DNA from: Camelus dromedarius
Taxonomy: Eukaryota
Length of the DNA stretch: 64,000 nt
Assembly: GCF_036321535.1 (NCBI RefSeq)
Contig: NC_087436.1
Location: forward strand, 81,532,001-81,596,000
Direction of reading: 5' to 3'
The notes below the pieces were generated by a model, which worked only from the letters and a program-made list of their open reading frames with translations, did no database searches and was not told the DNA's origin. This document shows, piece after piece, positions 11,490 to 25,800 of this stretch. The position numbers and the translations under genes are program-made. Positions within the stretch are counted from its first letter, which is position 1; each line of letters starts with the position of its first letter.

Positions 11490-13160
11490 CTATAGAAAAA
11501 AAGAGGGGTATGAAGTTCCAAATCACCTAACTATTCATTATCTAATAGTATGAATTTGAATTATACACAAGGTGTCGTGCACAACATATATTCAGCACAA
11601 TCCTTGTCCAGACCAGTTATTAGGTACTTTTCACAAATTGTAAAGATAAAATAACAAAATAAGGTAAAAATGTCTTATCTTCTATAATGATCAATGTCAT
11701 CACGATCATAAAGACTAGATAGAAGAAACTGGATATACCTAATATGTTAAAGTTAAGTACATTATATTACAAAGCATTTTCAGTTCTAGGCATCTAATTT
11801 TTTTAAAGTCTCAAATATAAGTTCAAGAGGATATATAAAAGAATGTTCATTGTAGAATAAAGATACCATTAAATAAAATTTAATTTACAATAAAATTACG
11901 GCTAGGACTTGGAATAACTGAATTAAAGCTTAGGGTATCAGTATAGATAAAATTTTCAAACATGATGTTGAAAGGGGGAAAAAAGCAGGTTTCAAAAGGT
12001 TCATGAAGATCACTATATTATTAATGTAAAATTTTAAAGTACCTGAAATAATATACACTGCTTGTTATCTAGTCATATAACTACAGACTAAAGAAAACAG
12101 GACACTATATTAACATGTGTTTAATCTTCATGGTAAGTACAAAGATTCAATTATATTATTTTCTGTGTATTTGAAATATTTTTTAAGTTTAAATGACAGA
12201 ATAAAAATCATCTAACAGCGGAAATGCCAAGTTAGGTCCTGGGTTATTTGGGAATGATGAGGCAGCATCAGAAAAACCCAATTGAAATGTTATTAAGTTC
12301 AATTAAACACACTTTGTTGAATGTTTATTGTGTGCAAGATATAATTTTGTGGGATTAAACAATTTTAAAACCACTACTGACAGGAGACTTCTGTTTTTGG
12401 CAGTAGGAATGATCACCTAACCTGAAAAACACTCTGCGCAAAACTCCTACAATGGTTAGGTGAAATAGACATGCACAGCTGAGCTGCCAAAAAAAGAGGC
12501 AGGAAAAATTCAGAGAAGCTGAAGACAATGTGAAAGGATCCATGCAGAGAAGTAAATGAGCTGAACCTGTCACTTGTCCCCAGACCATCTGCTGATGTCT
12601 GAACACCAGAACTTTGGCTTTAAAAGGGCAGCATGCAGAATACAGGAACCAAAGCTTGGAAGCTATCTAGGGTGGAAAGTCACACTGGAGACACCTGAAT
12701 AAAGTCTACTTTAGGACGTTTTAAACAAAATTCTGGAGCAAGCCAAACAATCCCAGAAAGAAGGTCTGGATTGCATGAAAAAATATTTTACATTGAAACT
12801 TGTGTAGATTTTTTAACTATGAGGAAGAATGAAAAGACAAGAGTATATAAGACACTTCTGAAGAAGAATAAAATGGGTATCTGTGGGGGTTGGGGGAAAA
12901 ATTGCTCCACCAGAGGTCAAGACTTATTGTAAAGCCATAGTAAGTAAAGGTATATGGGATCAATGCAGAGACAGACTACTGATTAATAGAACAGAGAGCC
13001 CAGAAACAGACACATACATACATGGAAACCTGATTATGTTATGCTAATATTCAAACCTGACTATATTAAAGACACCTGGGGAAAGAAGAATCCATACATT
13101 AAACCATCTGAGATAACTGGTCATAAATATCGCGGCAAGGGGAGGGAGGAAGCACATCCC

Positions 13161-13650
13161 TGTTAAGAGACAGTTCTCTATGGGCCTCTCATAATTCTGT
13201 GTGTCATAAGCAGAAGCACTGGCCGCCTTTATTCTAGACTGTCTTCTCAAGGATGGTTATAGAGCAAACAGCCTTGGAAAAGAAAGATATATTTCCCTCT
13301 GGAGCAAAAAGCAGGTTTGATTACTCCCAGTATAATATAGATGAGGTGTCACTATGGAGAAAAGGTCAGGAATGCTAGCCACCCACTATAAAAGATTTGG
13401 GTTCTCCAAGCTTGGAGTTCTTTTTCTATGTAACACAACTCACAGTATTTGCAGGGTCACCTGACCTTCTTTGAGTCACCCTGCAGGAATCAGGGCCTGA
13501 GAAACTGGCATGAATTCTGACACCCTAGCTACTGCTATTAATGTAATAAAGAACTTTGATCTGACCCAGGGATTGTGTGTCTTCTGCAAGCATCTATAAA
13601 AGGTAGCTTGCAAGTAGGGTAACATCTCAGACTCTTCACGGTACTTGACA
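13161..13650 (+). mobile_element. Solo ERVL LTR (LTR40a-like)
   Basis: TG...CA ends, TATAAAA and AATAAA, 5-bp TSD atccc/acccc; end motif gcttgcaagtagggtaa.atctcagactcttcacgg..cttgaca. Confidence 0.85.
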
Positions 13651-13828
13651 ACCCCTACCTCATCTTCATGTGGTATACAAAACACAGTTCCAGAAGGATT
13701 AAACTTTTCAGGAAAGACCAAACTTTCAATAATATAAAAGGAAAGGTAGTTGAATGTCTGAGAAATACATCATAAGTAATGTGTAAACATGCTGTTATAA
13801 AAGAAATTATTGATAAAATAGACTATTT

Positions 13829-13986
13829 TTATTCTTTTGCTTTTTTTTTTTTTTTTTTTTTGGTTGGGGGAGGTAATTAGGTTTATTTATTTACTTAGTT
13901 ATTCTTAGGGAAGGTACTGGGGATTGAACCTAGAACCTCACGCACGTTAAGTATGTGCTCTACCACTTGAGTTATACCCTCCCCCC
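13829..13986 (-). mobile_element. tRNA-derived camelid SINE (Vic-1 type)
   Basis: Reverse complement gggagggtataactcaagtggtagagcac...ggttcaatccccagtacc with A/B boxes and polyA; 14-bp TSD aaaaYagactattt. Confidence 0.9.
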
Positions 13987-15989
13987 AAAACAGACTATTT
14001 AAAATGAATAATTTCTGTTCTTAAAAAAATGTGATAGAGTTAAAAAAGGGGCCACAGACTGAGAAAAGATATTTGAAATAACTAGAGAGAGATTTACCCA
14101 GAATCTATAAAGAGCTTCTAAAATATAAGAAGAAAAAGACAAAGAACCCAATAGAAGAATTAGCAAAAAAAAAAAAAAAAAAAAAAAAGAGAGAGAGAGA
14201 GATAAGTTTCTTGGAAAAAGATATATAAAGGCGCCCATAAATATATGTATAATTTAAAACCACATTGAGATACTATTTTCTATCAAATTGATAAAAACTG
14301 AAAAGTATGATAATATTCAGTTTTTGAAAACAGGTTGATCAGATGTGGATATTGATATACTGCTGATAGTTTTGGCAATTGGAACAACCAAATTTAGGAG
14401 AAAATAGCATTATATAGAACATTTGTGCATAACCTACCACACTACTAACACATATCTCCAGAGAAAGTCTTGAATTTTGCTACCAGGATACACAGAAAAG
14501 GCATCCACTTGAATACCTTTGTAATAGCAAAAGAAATAAATAATAAAAAATTAATACTGGAAAAAACAAATATTCATAGAGAGGCCAATAAATAAATAAT
14601 GTACATTCATTTAGTGGAATATAGCAATGAAGTGGTGGAATAAAGAAACAAGCATTAACATGACGAAGTATCATAAACGTGTTAAACAAATGAAATGAAG
14701 TAATGGTTAACTTCATTTAAGAAAGGTACAAAATATGCACAACTAAACAATATATTATTTAGGAATTCTTTTTGACTATTATAAAACTGTAAAGAAAAGC
14801 AAAAGAACAAAAAATGCAAAATTCAAGAGCCTGGCCAGCTCTCCTGGGGAGGGGAAGACCACCACTGGGAAGAGGCATACAGGGGTTTTCAGTGGTATTC
14901 GCTATGTCTACTCTGAGCTGAGTGGTGAGGTCATGCAAAATTGTTTCATTATTCGTTAAACCCTAAATGTATAAAATATATGCTACTTGATATGTCTGTG
15001 ATAGTTTATAATAGGAAAATGTTCAAGTGACACAAGGAACTTATGGTCTGTCATTCTTTCACTGGGCGTCATTGTCGACACATGGATGCCTGGAAGCAAT
15101 ACACTCATAATAGTCACTACAGGAAATGATTTTGAGAAGAAATGCTGAGCTATGTGCTTGATGATACCATTAAACTACTGAATTAAGAAATTCTGGATCT
15201 TTTCTACTTCTAGACTTCCTATTATATGACAAAATAAGTCCCCCATGGGAAAAAAATTACTAAAATACAGTCATAAAATAGGTAAAAAGTAAAACAAAAC
15301 AACAACAAAAGAAACAATTTACTTCTCAAATTTCAATCTGTAAGGGATTTTACTGTATTTCCATGAGATTTACATACAAGTTTTGAAGATAGTTACCTCT
15401 ACTTCTTATTTTTAATATTTTTAATCTAGGTTTGATTAAGTAGAATTTACCCACAGCAAAATGAACAGTTCTTAAGTGTACAGGTTGATGGATTTTGACA
15501 AATGCATCTATCCACGTAATTCGCATTCCAGTGAAGATAAAGAACGGCCTGAAAAGCACACCCCATACGTTTTCTCGACAGTAGTCCCCATCCCCCATGA
15601 AACAAGTTCTAACTTCTTTCTCTGTATAGATTGGTTTTTCTTGTCCTAGAACTCATACAAATGAAATCATACAGTATGTACTCTTCCGCTGGGCTTTTGC
15701 TCAGCAAAATGCTTTCAGAATGCATTAGTGTTAAGTATCAATAGTTCTTCTGTTGCTGAGTAAAATGTATGTTTATCCATTCTGCTTTCAGATATTTGAG
15801 GTGTTTCTATTTTTTGGATATCAGTAATGCTGCATGAACATTTATATACATGTATTTTTGAACAAATATATTTTCATTTCTTTGGAGAAAGAATTGTTGG
15901 ATCGCGGGATAGGTATATGTTTTAACTTACAAAAAACTGTCAGACACATTGTCTACCCCCTTGTAGCAATGCATAAAAATTTAGTCGTT

Positions 15990-16397
15990 CATGAATGGAC
16001 CTCGAGATGATCATATTAAGTGAAGTAAGTCAGAAGGAGAAAGACAAACACCATATATTACTTACATGTGGAATATAAAATATGACACAAATGAACTTAT
16101 TTATGAAACAGAAACAGATTCACAGACATAGATAACAAACTTATGGTTACCAAAGAGGAAATGGAGTGGGGGAGGGATGAATTAGGAGTTTGGGATTAGC
16201 AGATACAAACTACTATATATAAAATAGATAAACAAAGGACCAACTGTATAGCACAGGGAACCATATTCAACATCCTATAATAAACCATAATGGAAAAAAA
16301 ATGAAAAAGAATATATATATGTACAATTGTATCACTTTGCTGTACACCAGAAACTAACACAACATTGTAAATCAACTATGCTTCATTAAAAAAAAAA
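15990..16397 (+). mobile_element. L1 3' end (cetartiodactyl type)
   Basis: atggacctcgagatgatcatattaagtgaagtaagtcag...acattgtaaatcaactat plus polyA. Confidence 0.92.
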
Positions 16398-16425
16398 TGT
16401 TGCTGGGTTTAAAAAAAATTCAGTT

Positions 16426-16536
16426 CAGAAAAAAAATGTGACAATGTATATATGTACATGTATAATTGAAAAATTGTGCTCTACACTGGAATTTGACACA
16501 ACCTTGTAAAATGATTATAAATCAATAAAAAATGTT
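16426..16536 (+). mobile_element. Very short, younger L1 3' end (camelid-type)
   Basis: aaaatgtgacaatg...aaattgtgctctacactggaatttgacacaacc...aataaaa; perfect 15-bp TSD aaaaaaaattcagtt (16411-16425 and 16537-16551). Confidence 0.8.
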
Positions 16537-19500
16537 AAAAAAAATTCAGTTGCCTCACATCCCTTATGTTACCAGTTTTCTAAATTTTAACCATTCTAAT
16601 AAATGTTTAGTAATATTTCATTTTTTTTTTATTTCCTTGATGACTAATAGTGTTGAGAACTTTCTTCATGTGTTTATTGGCCATTCATTTATCTTCCTTG
16701 GGGAGGTGCCTTTTCAAGTATTTTGCCCATGTGGTGGTGGACGGTGGATGGGGGAAGGGAGTTGTCTGTCTTCTTATATAAATTGTAGAAATTCTCTATT
16801 TGAGATAAATATTTTCATAATATTATGTCAGATACATATATTATGAATATTTTCTTTCAATCTGTGCTTGCATATTCAGCTTATTAATGCTTTTAATGAG
16901 TAATACCTAATTTTTATGAAATTCATTTTATGATTGATTTTCCTTTTATTGGTGCTTTCTTGGTTTTTGTCAAGGGATCTTTGCCCACCTCAAGTTCATG
17001 AGGCTTTCTTCCACATTTTCTTCATGAGCTTTACATTGTTAATTTTACTTTTAGGTCTGTGATACCACTCCAATTAATTTTAGTCCATAGTGTATGTATA
17101 CGTTAAGGTCCATTTTTGGGCCCTAATGATAGTCAATTGTTCAAGCATTCTTGGTGAAAAGACTTTCTTTTCCATATTGAGTTGCCTTACTGACCTGGTT
17201 AAAAAATATCATTTGACTTTATAATTGTACAAGTGTGGGTCTATTTCAGGACTCTATTCTATTCCAATTATCTGCCATCTATCTTTACCCCAATACCATC
17301 CTGTCCTGATTACTGCAGTTTGATAATCATCTAGAAACTAGGTAAGTCCTCCAAATTTTTCTTCTTTTTTATTTGGGTAACTGTTCTAGTCTTTGCATTG
17401 CCACATGAATTTAAAATCAGCCTAATGTTTCACAAAGAAAAAAAAAAAACCTTCTGGAATTTAGATTGAGGTTGCATTAGAGCTACAGGTCACACTGGGA
17501 AGAATGAGTATCTTAATATTGGGTGTTTTATCTAAAATCATAATATATTTGTCCATTTATTTTAGTTCTCTCTAATTTATCTCAGGAATATTTTGAAGTT
17601 TACAGTATATAAACAGACCTTAAATATTTTTTAAGTTTATTCTTTAAAATTTATATTTTTGATGTTATTATAAATGGCATATTTTAACTTCCTTTTCCCA
17701 AATGCTCCTAGTATTCCATTTATCAAATGTTCCTAAAAATAAAGTTGATTTTTGGAAATGACTTTATACCTGCAACCTTGTTAAATTCACTTATCGTATC
17801 TAGTAAACATTTTGTGGATGGTTTAGGATTTTCTTTATACACTGAAATGTCTGCAAGTGAAGGCAGTTTTTGCTTTTTCTTTTCCAATCTGTGTTTTCTT
17901 GACTAATTGTCCTGCTTCCAGTACAATTGTGAATAGAAGTGATGAGTTGCTCATCATCTCTGCCTTTTAACAGATGCCCTTACCATTTACATTTAAAGTA
18001 ATTATGGATGTTATTGAGTTTAAGTCTACCATCATACAATTTGTTTTGTATTTTACCCTCATATTCTTTATTCCATTTTTCTTCCTTCCCAGCCTTTTGG
18101 GGAAGAACTATATTTTTTGTTTTCCATTTTATCTAATAGGTTATTTGTTATACCTCTTTTTCTTTTTTTAATGGTTGTTCTGGAGTTTGCAATCTGAATT
18201 TTTATTAGTAATCTAGGTTCAATTAGTGTTATTCCACTTCACACACATAATTTAAGAAACTTATAATGGTATATTTTAATTTTACCTCTAGTTCTTTGAG
18301 CTATTGTTTATTATACACATTTTATAAATCTCATAACAATTGCTATTTTTTGCTTTGAATAAGCCATTCTATTTTATAAAGGCATTAAGAAATTACCAAG
18401 AAAACTATTTTATGTTTACTCACATATTTTATGTGTATAGTCCTTTCATACCTTTAAGGTTATTCTTAAGCACTAATGTTTTGATGTTTATAAGTGGCAC
18501 TTTTACTTTATTTTCATTTTCCAAATGCTCATTTCCAGCATTTAAAATATGTTGTTCCTTGTTTCATTATCTTGTAGCGTGCATTAAATGGGAAAATGTT
18601 CTCCCAGCCACCTTCACGCAGCACTGAGTCTCCTCATAGCACTTTGTTCATACTTTTATTATGAGTATCTTACAATATTGTAACTATTTGTTCATATGTC
18701 TTTTCTATACTACATTATGACCTTCTTGGGGAAAGTGATTATGTTTTATTCATGTTCACAACCCCGGGGGCCAGCACTATTATTAGTGTATAGCTAATGT
18801 CGAGTAAATGTATATTGAACAAAAAGAGAATCAAAGGGGAAAGGCTCCTTTCCTTCTCTCCCACAAATCTAAGTATTTTCATTATCTCCTCATATTGAGA
18901 TCTTTGAATTTTCAATAGATTTGATGCTACCAAATTAGGAATAAGGAGTTTGCAGTAGTGAAAATATAAGAGTCCAGTAAAGATGACCTCAGAAATGCTA
19001 CCCAGCAGAGCTATTTTAGTTCTGTACTGCTGAACTGGGCATGTGGGAACTAATAACATCCAGCTCACCACCTGAAATGAACAATATATTTTAATTTTTA
19101 ATGAGTGAATAATCTGGCTATGAAAAGCAAGCATCCTGACCTTTCCTGGTTTGCATTATAAAGATTTCAAATGTAACACTATGACTAAGTCACTACAGAA
19201 CTTTCTTGTTCCACAAAGGGACATTAAAAGAAAAAGAATTTTCAGTATGATAATCCCAGTGAATCACAGAAAACGAGTTTGGTAATTATATATCCAGACA
19301 GCATGGCAGGGAGTATCTGACATCATTGCATAGAAACATAAATGGCCAGGGCATTATCTTGATATTAGACTAAAGTGGAATTAGTGATAACATCCTGGTA
19401 CAATATAAGACCCAGGAGTACCTTGAAAAGGGAGGGGATGATAATTTGGAGAGTTTAGTGCTTTCAATTACTGGTTGCTCTTTTGGGAAAACCCCCATAT

Positions 19501-20222
19501 GTTCACTTCTTGCTATGTACTCTCTGAGTTTCTCCTCATTACATGCTTACAGGAGTTAATGGTCACTTTGAGCAGAGCAGTAGGCCAAGTGGTATGAATG
19601 AGAGACACTTGAGAACTTATTAGTTGAATTGGTGCACAGCAGTTGCTATAAAAGAATGTAACTATGATGTGTTTTAATAGCTTAGATCAATACTTAAATT
19701 CTTTTTTATGTGAGATGTGCCAACTAAACCACAGGAGGTTTGAAAAACTTCACAGATGCAAAAAATCAAATTGCTCCGGGCAGCTCCACGCTCCCACGGT
19801 TTGTCGCTGAAAAGCAATATATTCAAGGGAAAACCAAATGAACTACTGATCCCAAAAATAGTTTAAGGTTCAGCAGTTTCCAAGTTGAATTGGTATACAA
19901 CAAACTCATTATTTATAAATAATTTTTATATTTATTACATTTCATATTTATTATAAATGACTCTTTAATAGCCTGCAAGCTTATGTACAACATTAGAATG
20001 CAAAGTTATTGTTAATTACAAAAACACTCTGTCTCTGCCATGCCCAAAAGGATTCTCCCAACTATGTGCAAAAAAACAAACAAAAAGTAAATATACCTTA
20101 AAAGTAGTAATTATCTTTTTAAGTACTGATTTAGAAAATGGAATTAAAATTTTCTATTAACAACTGTGCATATGCTCAATTAAAAATATGACTAAATCTT
20201 CAGGTCTATGGACTGTTTAGAG

Positions 20223-20442
20223 CAGGATTCAGCAAGCTGTAGCCCATGAACCAAATTCAATGCACTACCTATTTTGTAAATACAGTTTTATTGGAACACA
20301 GCCATCTATTAGTTTACACATCATCTATGGCTGCTTTCACGCTATAATGGCAGAGTTGGGTAACTGTGAAAGGGACTATATGGCCTCAAAGCCCAAGATA
20401 TTTACTATCTGACCATTTTACAAAAATGGTTGCCAACCTCTG
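20223..20442 (+). mobile_element. MER58A-like hAT-Charlie MITE
   Basis: cagg...ctg termini, internal gttttattggaacacagcc, 8-bp TSD Rtttagag. Confidence 0.88.
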
Positions 20443-20799
20443 ATTTAGAGCACTCTACCCAGGAACATGTAGAAGTGCATCGTTAGCTTCAGGAGATGTG
20501 CTATCTCCTTCCAAGGAATCTGTGCTTATCTACCTCTAAAAGTCAAGCAGCTCTTAAAATATTGCTTATGTACCATGATGATTACTTCCACAGAAATCCT
20601 TTAATAAACTTATTTAGCCAGGAGTAAAGCAATCAATAGAGACCAGAAAGTAAGAGATGGGGATAAGGCACATGCCTAAGAAGTAAGGTGGAGTATTGAG
20701 AGAGAGGACATGTAAGAGAAGTAGAAATGGGGAAAGTCACTAATTCAAGAATTATAACACAGACATTTTTATGCTTTTTTCTTAATTTTGAACATGTAG

Positions 20800-22800
20800 C
20801 ATTGCTTCTGGTCCTGGAAACCTGGTACAGTTAGCTAACAAAAATTCTTACTCACAAAACTCTATATGAACTGAGCAAACTATAACAAAAATTGATGGAC
20901 AGCTGAATTTACATTAAAAAAGGAAAATTGTTGGTGTTCTAAAATAGGCTCCTACAATCAGCTGACAAAACCCGATTGTACACATCTCTTCCCACCTCCC
21001 TCCTTGAGGACACCACTTCAGTAGTTTAGAATTGGCTGTAGTGGGAAAATGATACAAACCAGAGCACTTTTTCTCAGAGTACTGGTGATTAAACAGGAAG
21101 TTACCAGGTACCAGAAATGAAATAAGAAACCAAAAGATGAATCACAAATTTCCAGAAATATCACAAAGGAAGCAAACACCACAAGTGAGAATCATCAGGT
21201 ACTAAAAAAGAAGTAATATCACCCCAAGAACTTTCGACATGATGAAAAACAATTGGAAAGACCATATGTGGGAGTCAGTAAGATAATTAAAGAGAGGGAA
21301 TAAGGAATAAATGCCTTAAGAAATAAGATATCACTATGGTAAGAGGAAAGATGGACAGATTTGAAAATAAACTTGTGGAAGTTCATTTAAGTAGAAATTG
21401 TGGGAAAAGTAGCTTTTGAATTACAAGCCTAATAGGTTAAACAGAAACAGTTGCGCTAATGAACTGAAAGGAAACTCACAAGAATAACACAGAGATGGAA
21501 AACATGAAAGATTGAGAGACACAGACGATACAGTAACAAGATGCAAAACAAATATAATGGAAGTTCCAGAAGGAACAAAGTAAATAAATAGAAAGGGCAA
21601 GGGGCATATTTGAAGTAATAATGACAGTTAATTCTCCTAAAAAGCTGAAAAACATAATTAAGTCCTTAGCAGGATAGATAAAAATAAATCCATGCCCAGG
21701 AAAATTATGAGTAACTATAGAACAGCCAACACAGTGATAAAATCTTAAAAGCAACTAGAGATAAGAATCAGAATCCCCTTTAAAGAACAACTGGACTGAA
21801 GAAAGACTGATGGGCATAAAAAAAAGTATTAAAGTAGGAAAAAGAAAATGGTATTTTAGAAATAAGTCGATTTAAAACAATATAGAACCAACATAAGAAC
21901 AAAAAACATACAAACAAAAAAAAGATCAGTTTATCACTAACATATAATGGAAAGTAAAGTTCTCTAATTTTGATAAGAAAAATTCTACTGTTGATGACAA
22001 AAACTGTGATTTGTAACCAGTTGTTAGAGAACTAATAAATATTAGAGTTTACCTTCCTTCACCAAAGAGAGACAGACACCAAGCAAGGCAGTCAGTACAA
22101 CAAAATAGTCTTAATACGAAATGGATATCAAAGTTAAGTTTTTAAAAAAGCATTTCGATCTTAATAGCAAAAAAATTTTTAAAGGCAGTATTTTATTTAC
22201 CAAATTATGGAAGTCTTTTTATGATAAATATTCAATGCAGAGAAACAGACCAACCCTGCCCTCTTCTTCCCAGATATCCATTTCTCTCAGTACTTCATTC
22301 ATGTTACCCAATATAAAATAACACTAAACAAATATTTAGTGAATGAATCAATAGATGTTACAAGTAAATATTGGTTCAGTTTTGGGAATAGCTTGACAGC
22401 AAGGTATTCAACTGCTTTAAAATGCATTTAAGATTTAATTAATTCCATATCTAAGAATTTATGCTATAGATACAGTCAAGTATCTGTACAAAGATTAATC
22501 TATAAGAATGTTCACCACAGCATTATTTATAGCAATATCATTGGAAAACTAAATGTTCAATAAAAATTGATTAATAATTATTGTAAAAGCATATAACATA
22601 ATTCCATTTAACCATTATTAAGTAATACGGATAAATGTTCACAATATATTGTAAAGTAGAAAAACATAACAAAATATATGACAATATGCCCCCAATCTTT
22701 TAAAAACTAAACAGATATGAATATAGTTTTACAGAGATAGAAATATGCACATATTATCATTTTGTGTTTCATGTATTTTCCAGTTTTACAATGAAGACTA
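20800..22800 (+). mobile_element. Ancient L1 (L1ME-like) 5'/ORF1 and 3' fragments
   Basis: Purine-rich ORF1 remnants (gttccagaagga, aaaatcttaaaagcaactagag) and 3'UTR motif aagaatgttcaccacagcattatttatagca. Confidence 0.6.
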
Positions 22801-25800
22801 CATCTTTTTAATAAGGAAAAATGTTACCACAGCCTATGGTAAAATAACAGATGCAAAGCTTTTGAACTGAAAGGAAACATAGCAAACATCTAAGCAACTT
22901 CTTTTCACAGATGAGAAACTTGAAGCCTAATGGTAAATGGCTAGGAAATTCTCCAGATTCATACATCAGCAAGGCAATAAGGACTTTAACCCAAATGTCC
23001 CAAATGCTATGCAGTAAACACAGATTAGATTTCTCAAAATGTTGGCCAGCAAACATTTAAAATATATTAGCAATGGCCTCTCAGGAATTGATTTTTTTTT
23101 CTCTTCTAATTGCTCCTAAAATTAATGTACATGGGACCTGCACCAAAATATCCTGTATATAATTATATTAACATAGAGAAACAGGATTTTTTCATCATCC
23201 TTGTAATTTGTAAAACTAATAAAATTTTTCTTAAGTTAGTTCTAATGGGTGTAGCAGGCACCATCAGTTCATATCTCATTATCTATCACAAAAGGGATTT
23301 TGCTCAGGTGAGGTTTTTAAACCACCGTTCTTTGCCTCATCAACTTTTTCCTCAGCATTTCTCAAGACATTTCTCCATCTAAATATCAAGAGGTATGAAA
23401 CACAGCTCCTCAGTTACTCAGGAAACCAGATGTACTACCAGAGCCATCAGTCTACACACAGAACCCTCAGCATCTAATGTCAGCAGGCTCCACACACCCA
23501 CTCTCATTTCTAGGTTTGTACGTGCGTGCATGTGAATTACACATGGTCTTTTTTCTAAAATAGTTACCTGAGGGAAAAGATGGTGTTTTTTTCCTTAGTG
23601 ATTCCACATTAATAAGGTAATGTTTATAAAGCATAGAGTAGAGTGCTTTGATACAGTAGGTGCTATGTGTTTTTATATACACAATTTGATAAGTGAATAA
23701 CATTTCACATCACAAAGGGTAAATACACACAGACTACAAATCCCAAAGAGCAAAAATAGACAGTGTTTGTATTTTTGTTTTGATGTTTAGTCAGAATTAT
23801 TTATAATACGGATAACCATTTTTAATATTAGCTTCATTTTAAAAAGAAAATTCAAATTCCTATCACATGAAGTCAATGAAAAATATATGTACATATTCAG
23901 TATCTCCTTTATGTCAGGTGCTATAGTGGGGACTCCTTGTAAAAAAGTGGAGCATTCAAAGATAAAATGTTACAATTATTGCCTTTAAAGAAATCCCATT
24001 AAAGTTAAAATTCCATATCTATATATAGGTTTATTTTTAAATCCTCAGAGTTCAAAATGTTTAGAGTACTTTTTAACTTTTCTAAGGCTGGATTTTAAAA
24101 ATGTTTATTTTAACACAGATGGGCATAATAATATGCCTTAAGCCAGAAAAAGCAAATAAACTTTCGGGTAATTAATTTAAAAGGCAAAAGGAAATCTTAA
24201 TTCTACTGAACAAGTAGCATTATTGCTCTAATTATGCATCCCCAGAACAACTAGGCCAATAGGGGCTATTAATTAGGTGAAATGTCAACTTGAATCCTTG
24301 AAACGTGTTGAACTTACAATGAACTAATCCATCCCTTAAGTGATGTGGAAAAATCTAACAATATAATGAGAAGAATAAATTCAGAGGTCACTTTATCTTC
24401 CAGTCACTTAGCAACTGAATTGGAGTGAAGAGGGCAGAAGGGAAATGATTTGTAAAAATAATTAACCATAAACTCTGAAGTAGAGATAAGCACGAAGGAG
24501 GATGGAAATGGAAGGAGCTTCTCCCAGGGCTCCAAGCCAACTCTTCTTACAGGAACATATTTATCACCACACAAAGCACCCAGACACAAGGTTTAGCATC
24601 CTTTCTTTTCATCCATAACCTCTCTGTCCCCTCCACTTCCTCTTCCTACTGCTGTCCTTCACAAGCACATGTCTCCTTCACCTGCTGGTTTGCAGGCCAG
24701 ATTTCTCTGACTAGCCCCTTACTGCAGGGGTAATTAGCACACACATCCTATCTTGCCCAGACAAATCTTTTAAAATGCTAAAGTAAAGCACAAATTTAAG
24801 GAATCACAAATGTAAAAAGGTACTCATTTCATTTAGCAACATAATGGTTTCTTCACATTAGTCAACACCTCAGAGTGAAGAAAGAAAAGGAGGATAATTG
24901 TGATATTGCCAACACAAACTCCTATCACAACCCAAAGCTTCAAGCAGAATAAGGCATAAGTTCACATAAAGTCAAATGTTCCCTCAATTTTTTCTTTGAG
25001 CCTAGTTGCAGTGGATACTTTAAAAGAATATTTTTATAAGAATAATACATCCATTATTTCAGGAAATATAGAAATATATAATATTAGTGTTTTGTGATTA
25101 TCAAAAAGATGGTTAGCAATTTTAACCGAGTAACACTTAACCTTTTAGAGGAAGGTCATTTCTTTAATAATAACTAAATTGACAGTTTGAAGATTTTTTT
25201 TTCTTCAGGTAATTATTTACATAAAAATCTTTTATATTCTTCAAGTAGAATATCAATATTCTTGCATTCAAAATGTTTTAATTACCTGCTAGTGTAAATC
25301 AAAGCAAATTACAGATCATGAAATGAAGTGAGGAGAAGAGAACAAACATCTATAGAAAATCATCTACAGACAAGGCTCCCGGTTTAGTGCTTTTTATAAC
25401 AAATTAATTGCTTTAATATTTTTTTCAGAAATATATATATAAATAACAATGTACCATCTAATCTTACAACATAAAACTGCACACACTTCTCCAAACCTTA
25501 TATTTAGAAATTTTATCCACATCCAATCTAAGTAAATTATGATATACTGAGTTGCATTAAAAAGCCTACTTTAAAATGTGTGCTACATAAATGTCAGTAA
25601 AACTGCTTGTTTAAAAATGTGTAAACAAATCAAAAGGCATTTTAATATGACTCTTGACAAAACAAATGTTATGCCATTTAAATTCGTTTGGTTCAATTTC
25701 ATCTATGATAGTTCATAAGTTGAAATGTCACAACAACAAAAAGTAAAGTTCAAAAAAGCAATTAGAAAGCTGACCTGTACTTAGCCATCACTTACAAGAG

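Larger units (their letters stand above)
12380..15020 (+). mobile_element. Old L1 (L1ME/L1M-like) fragments hosting an LTR and a SINE
   Basis: ORF2/3'UTR motifs: tcaagacttattgtaaagccatagtaag, gagagcccagaaacagac, gactgagaaaagatatttg. Confidence 0.7.
15420..18450 (-). mobile_element. Old L1 (L1MB/MC-like) 3' region, interrupted at ~15990-16550
   Basis: Antisense L1 3'UTR/ORF2 motifs: gaaatcatacagtatgta, tttaaccattctaata, gtgtgggtctatttcaggactctattctattcca. Confidence 0.8.

Noticed and set aside
6636..16397. Inverted L1 tails flanking the ATG exon as circRNA drivers
   Set aside because: A single 72-nt exon is an unlikely circle, and a closer competing partner exists at 5771-6180.
19060..19090. 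3-nt microexon-like motif ttcatttcag|GTG|gtgagc on the minus strand
   Set aside because: It lies in the UTR intron, has a short pyrimidine tract and no upstream TGC enhancer. Probably chance.
25190..25215. Strong ttttttttcttcag|gtaatt recursive-site motif
   Set aside because: It is on the + strand, opposite to MAPK10 transcription, with no supported + strand transcript here.
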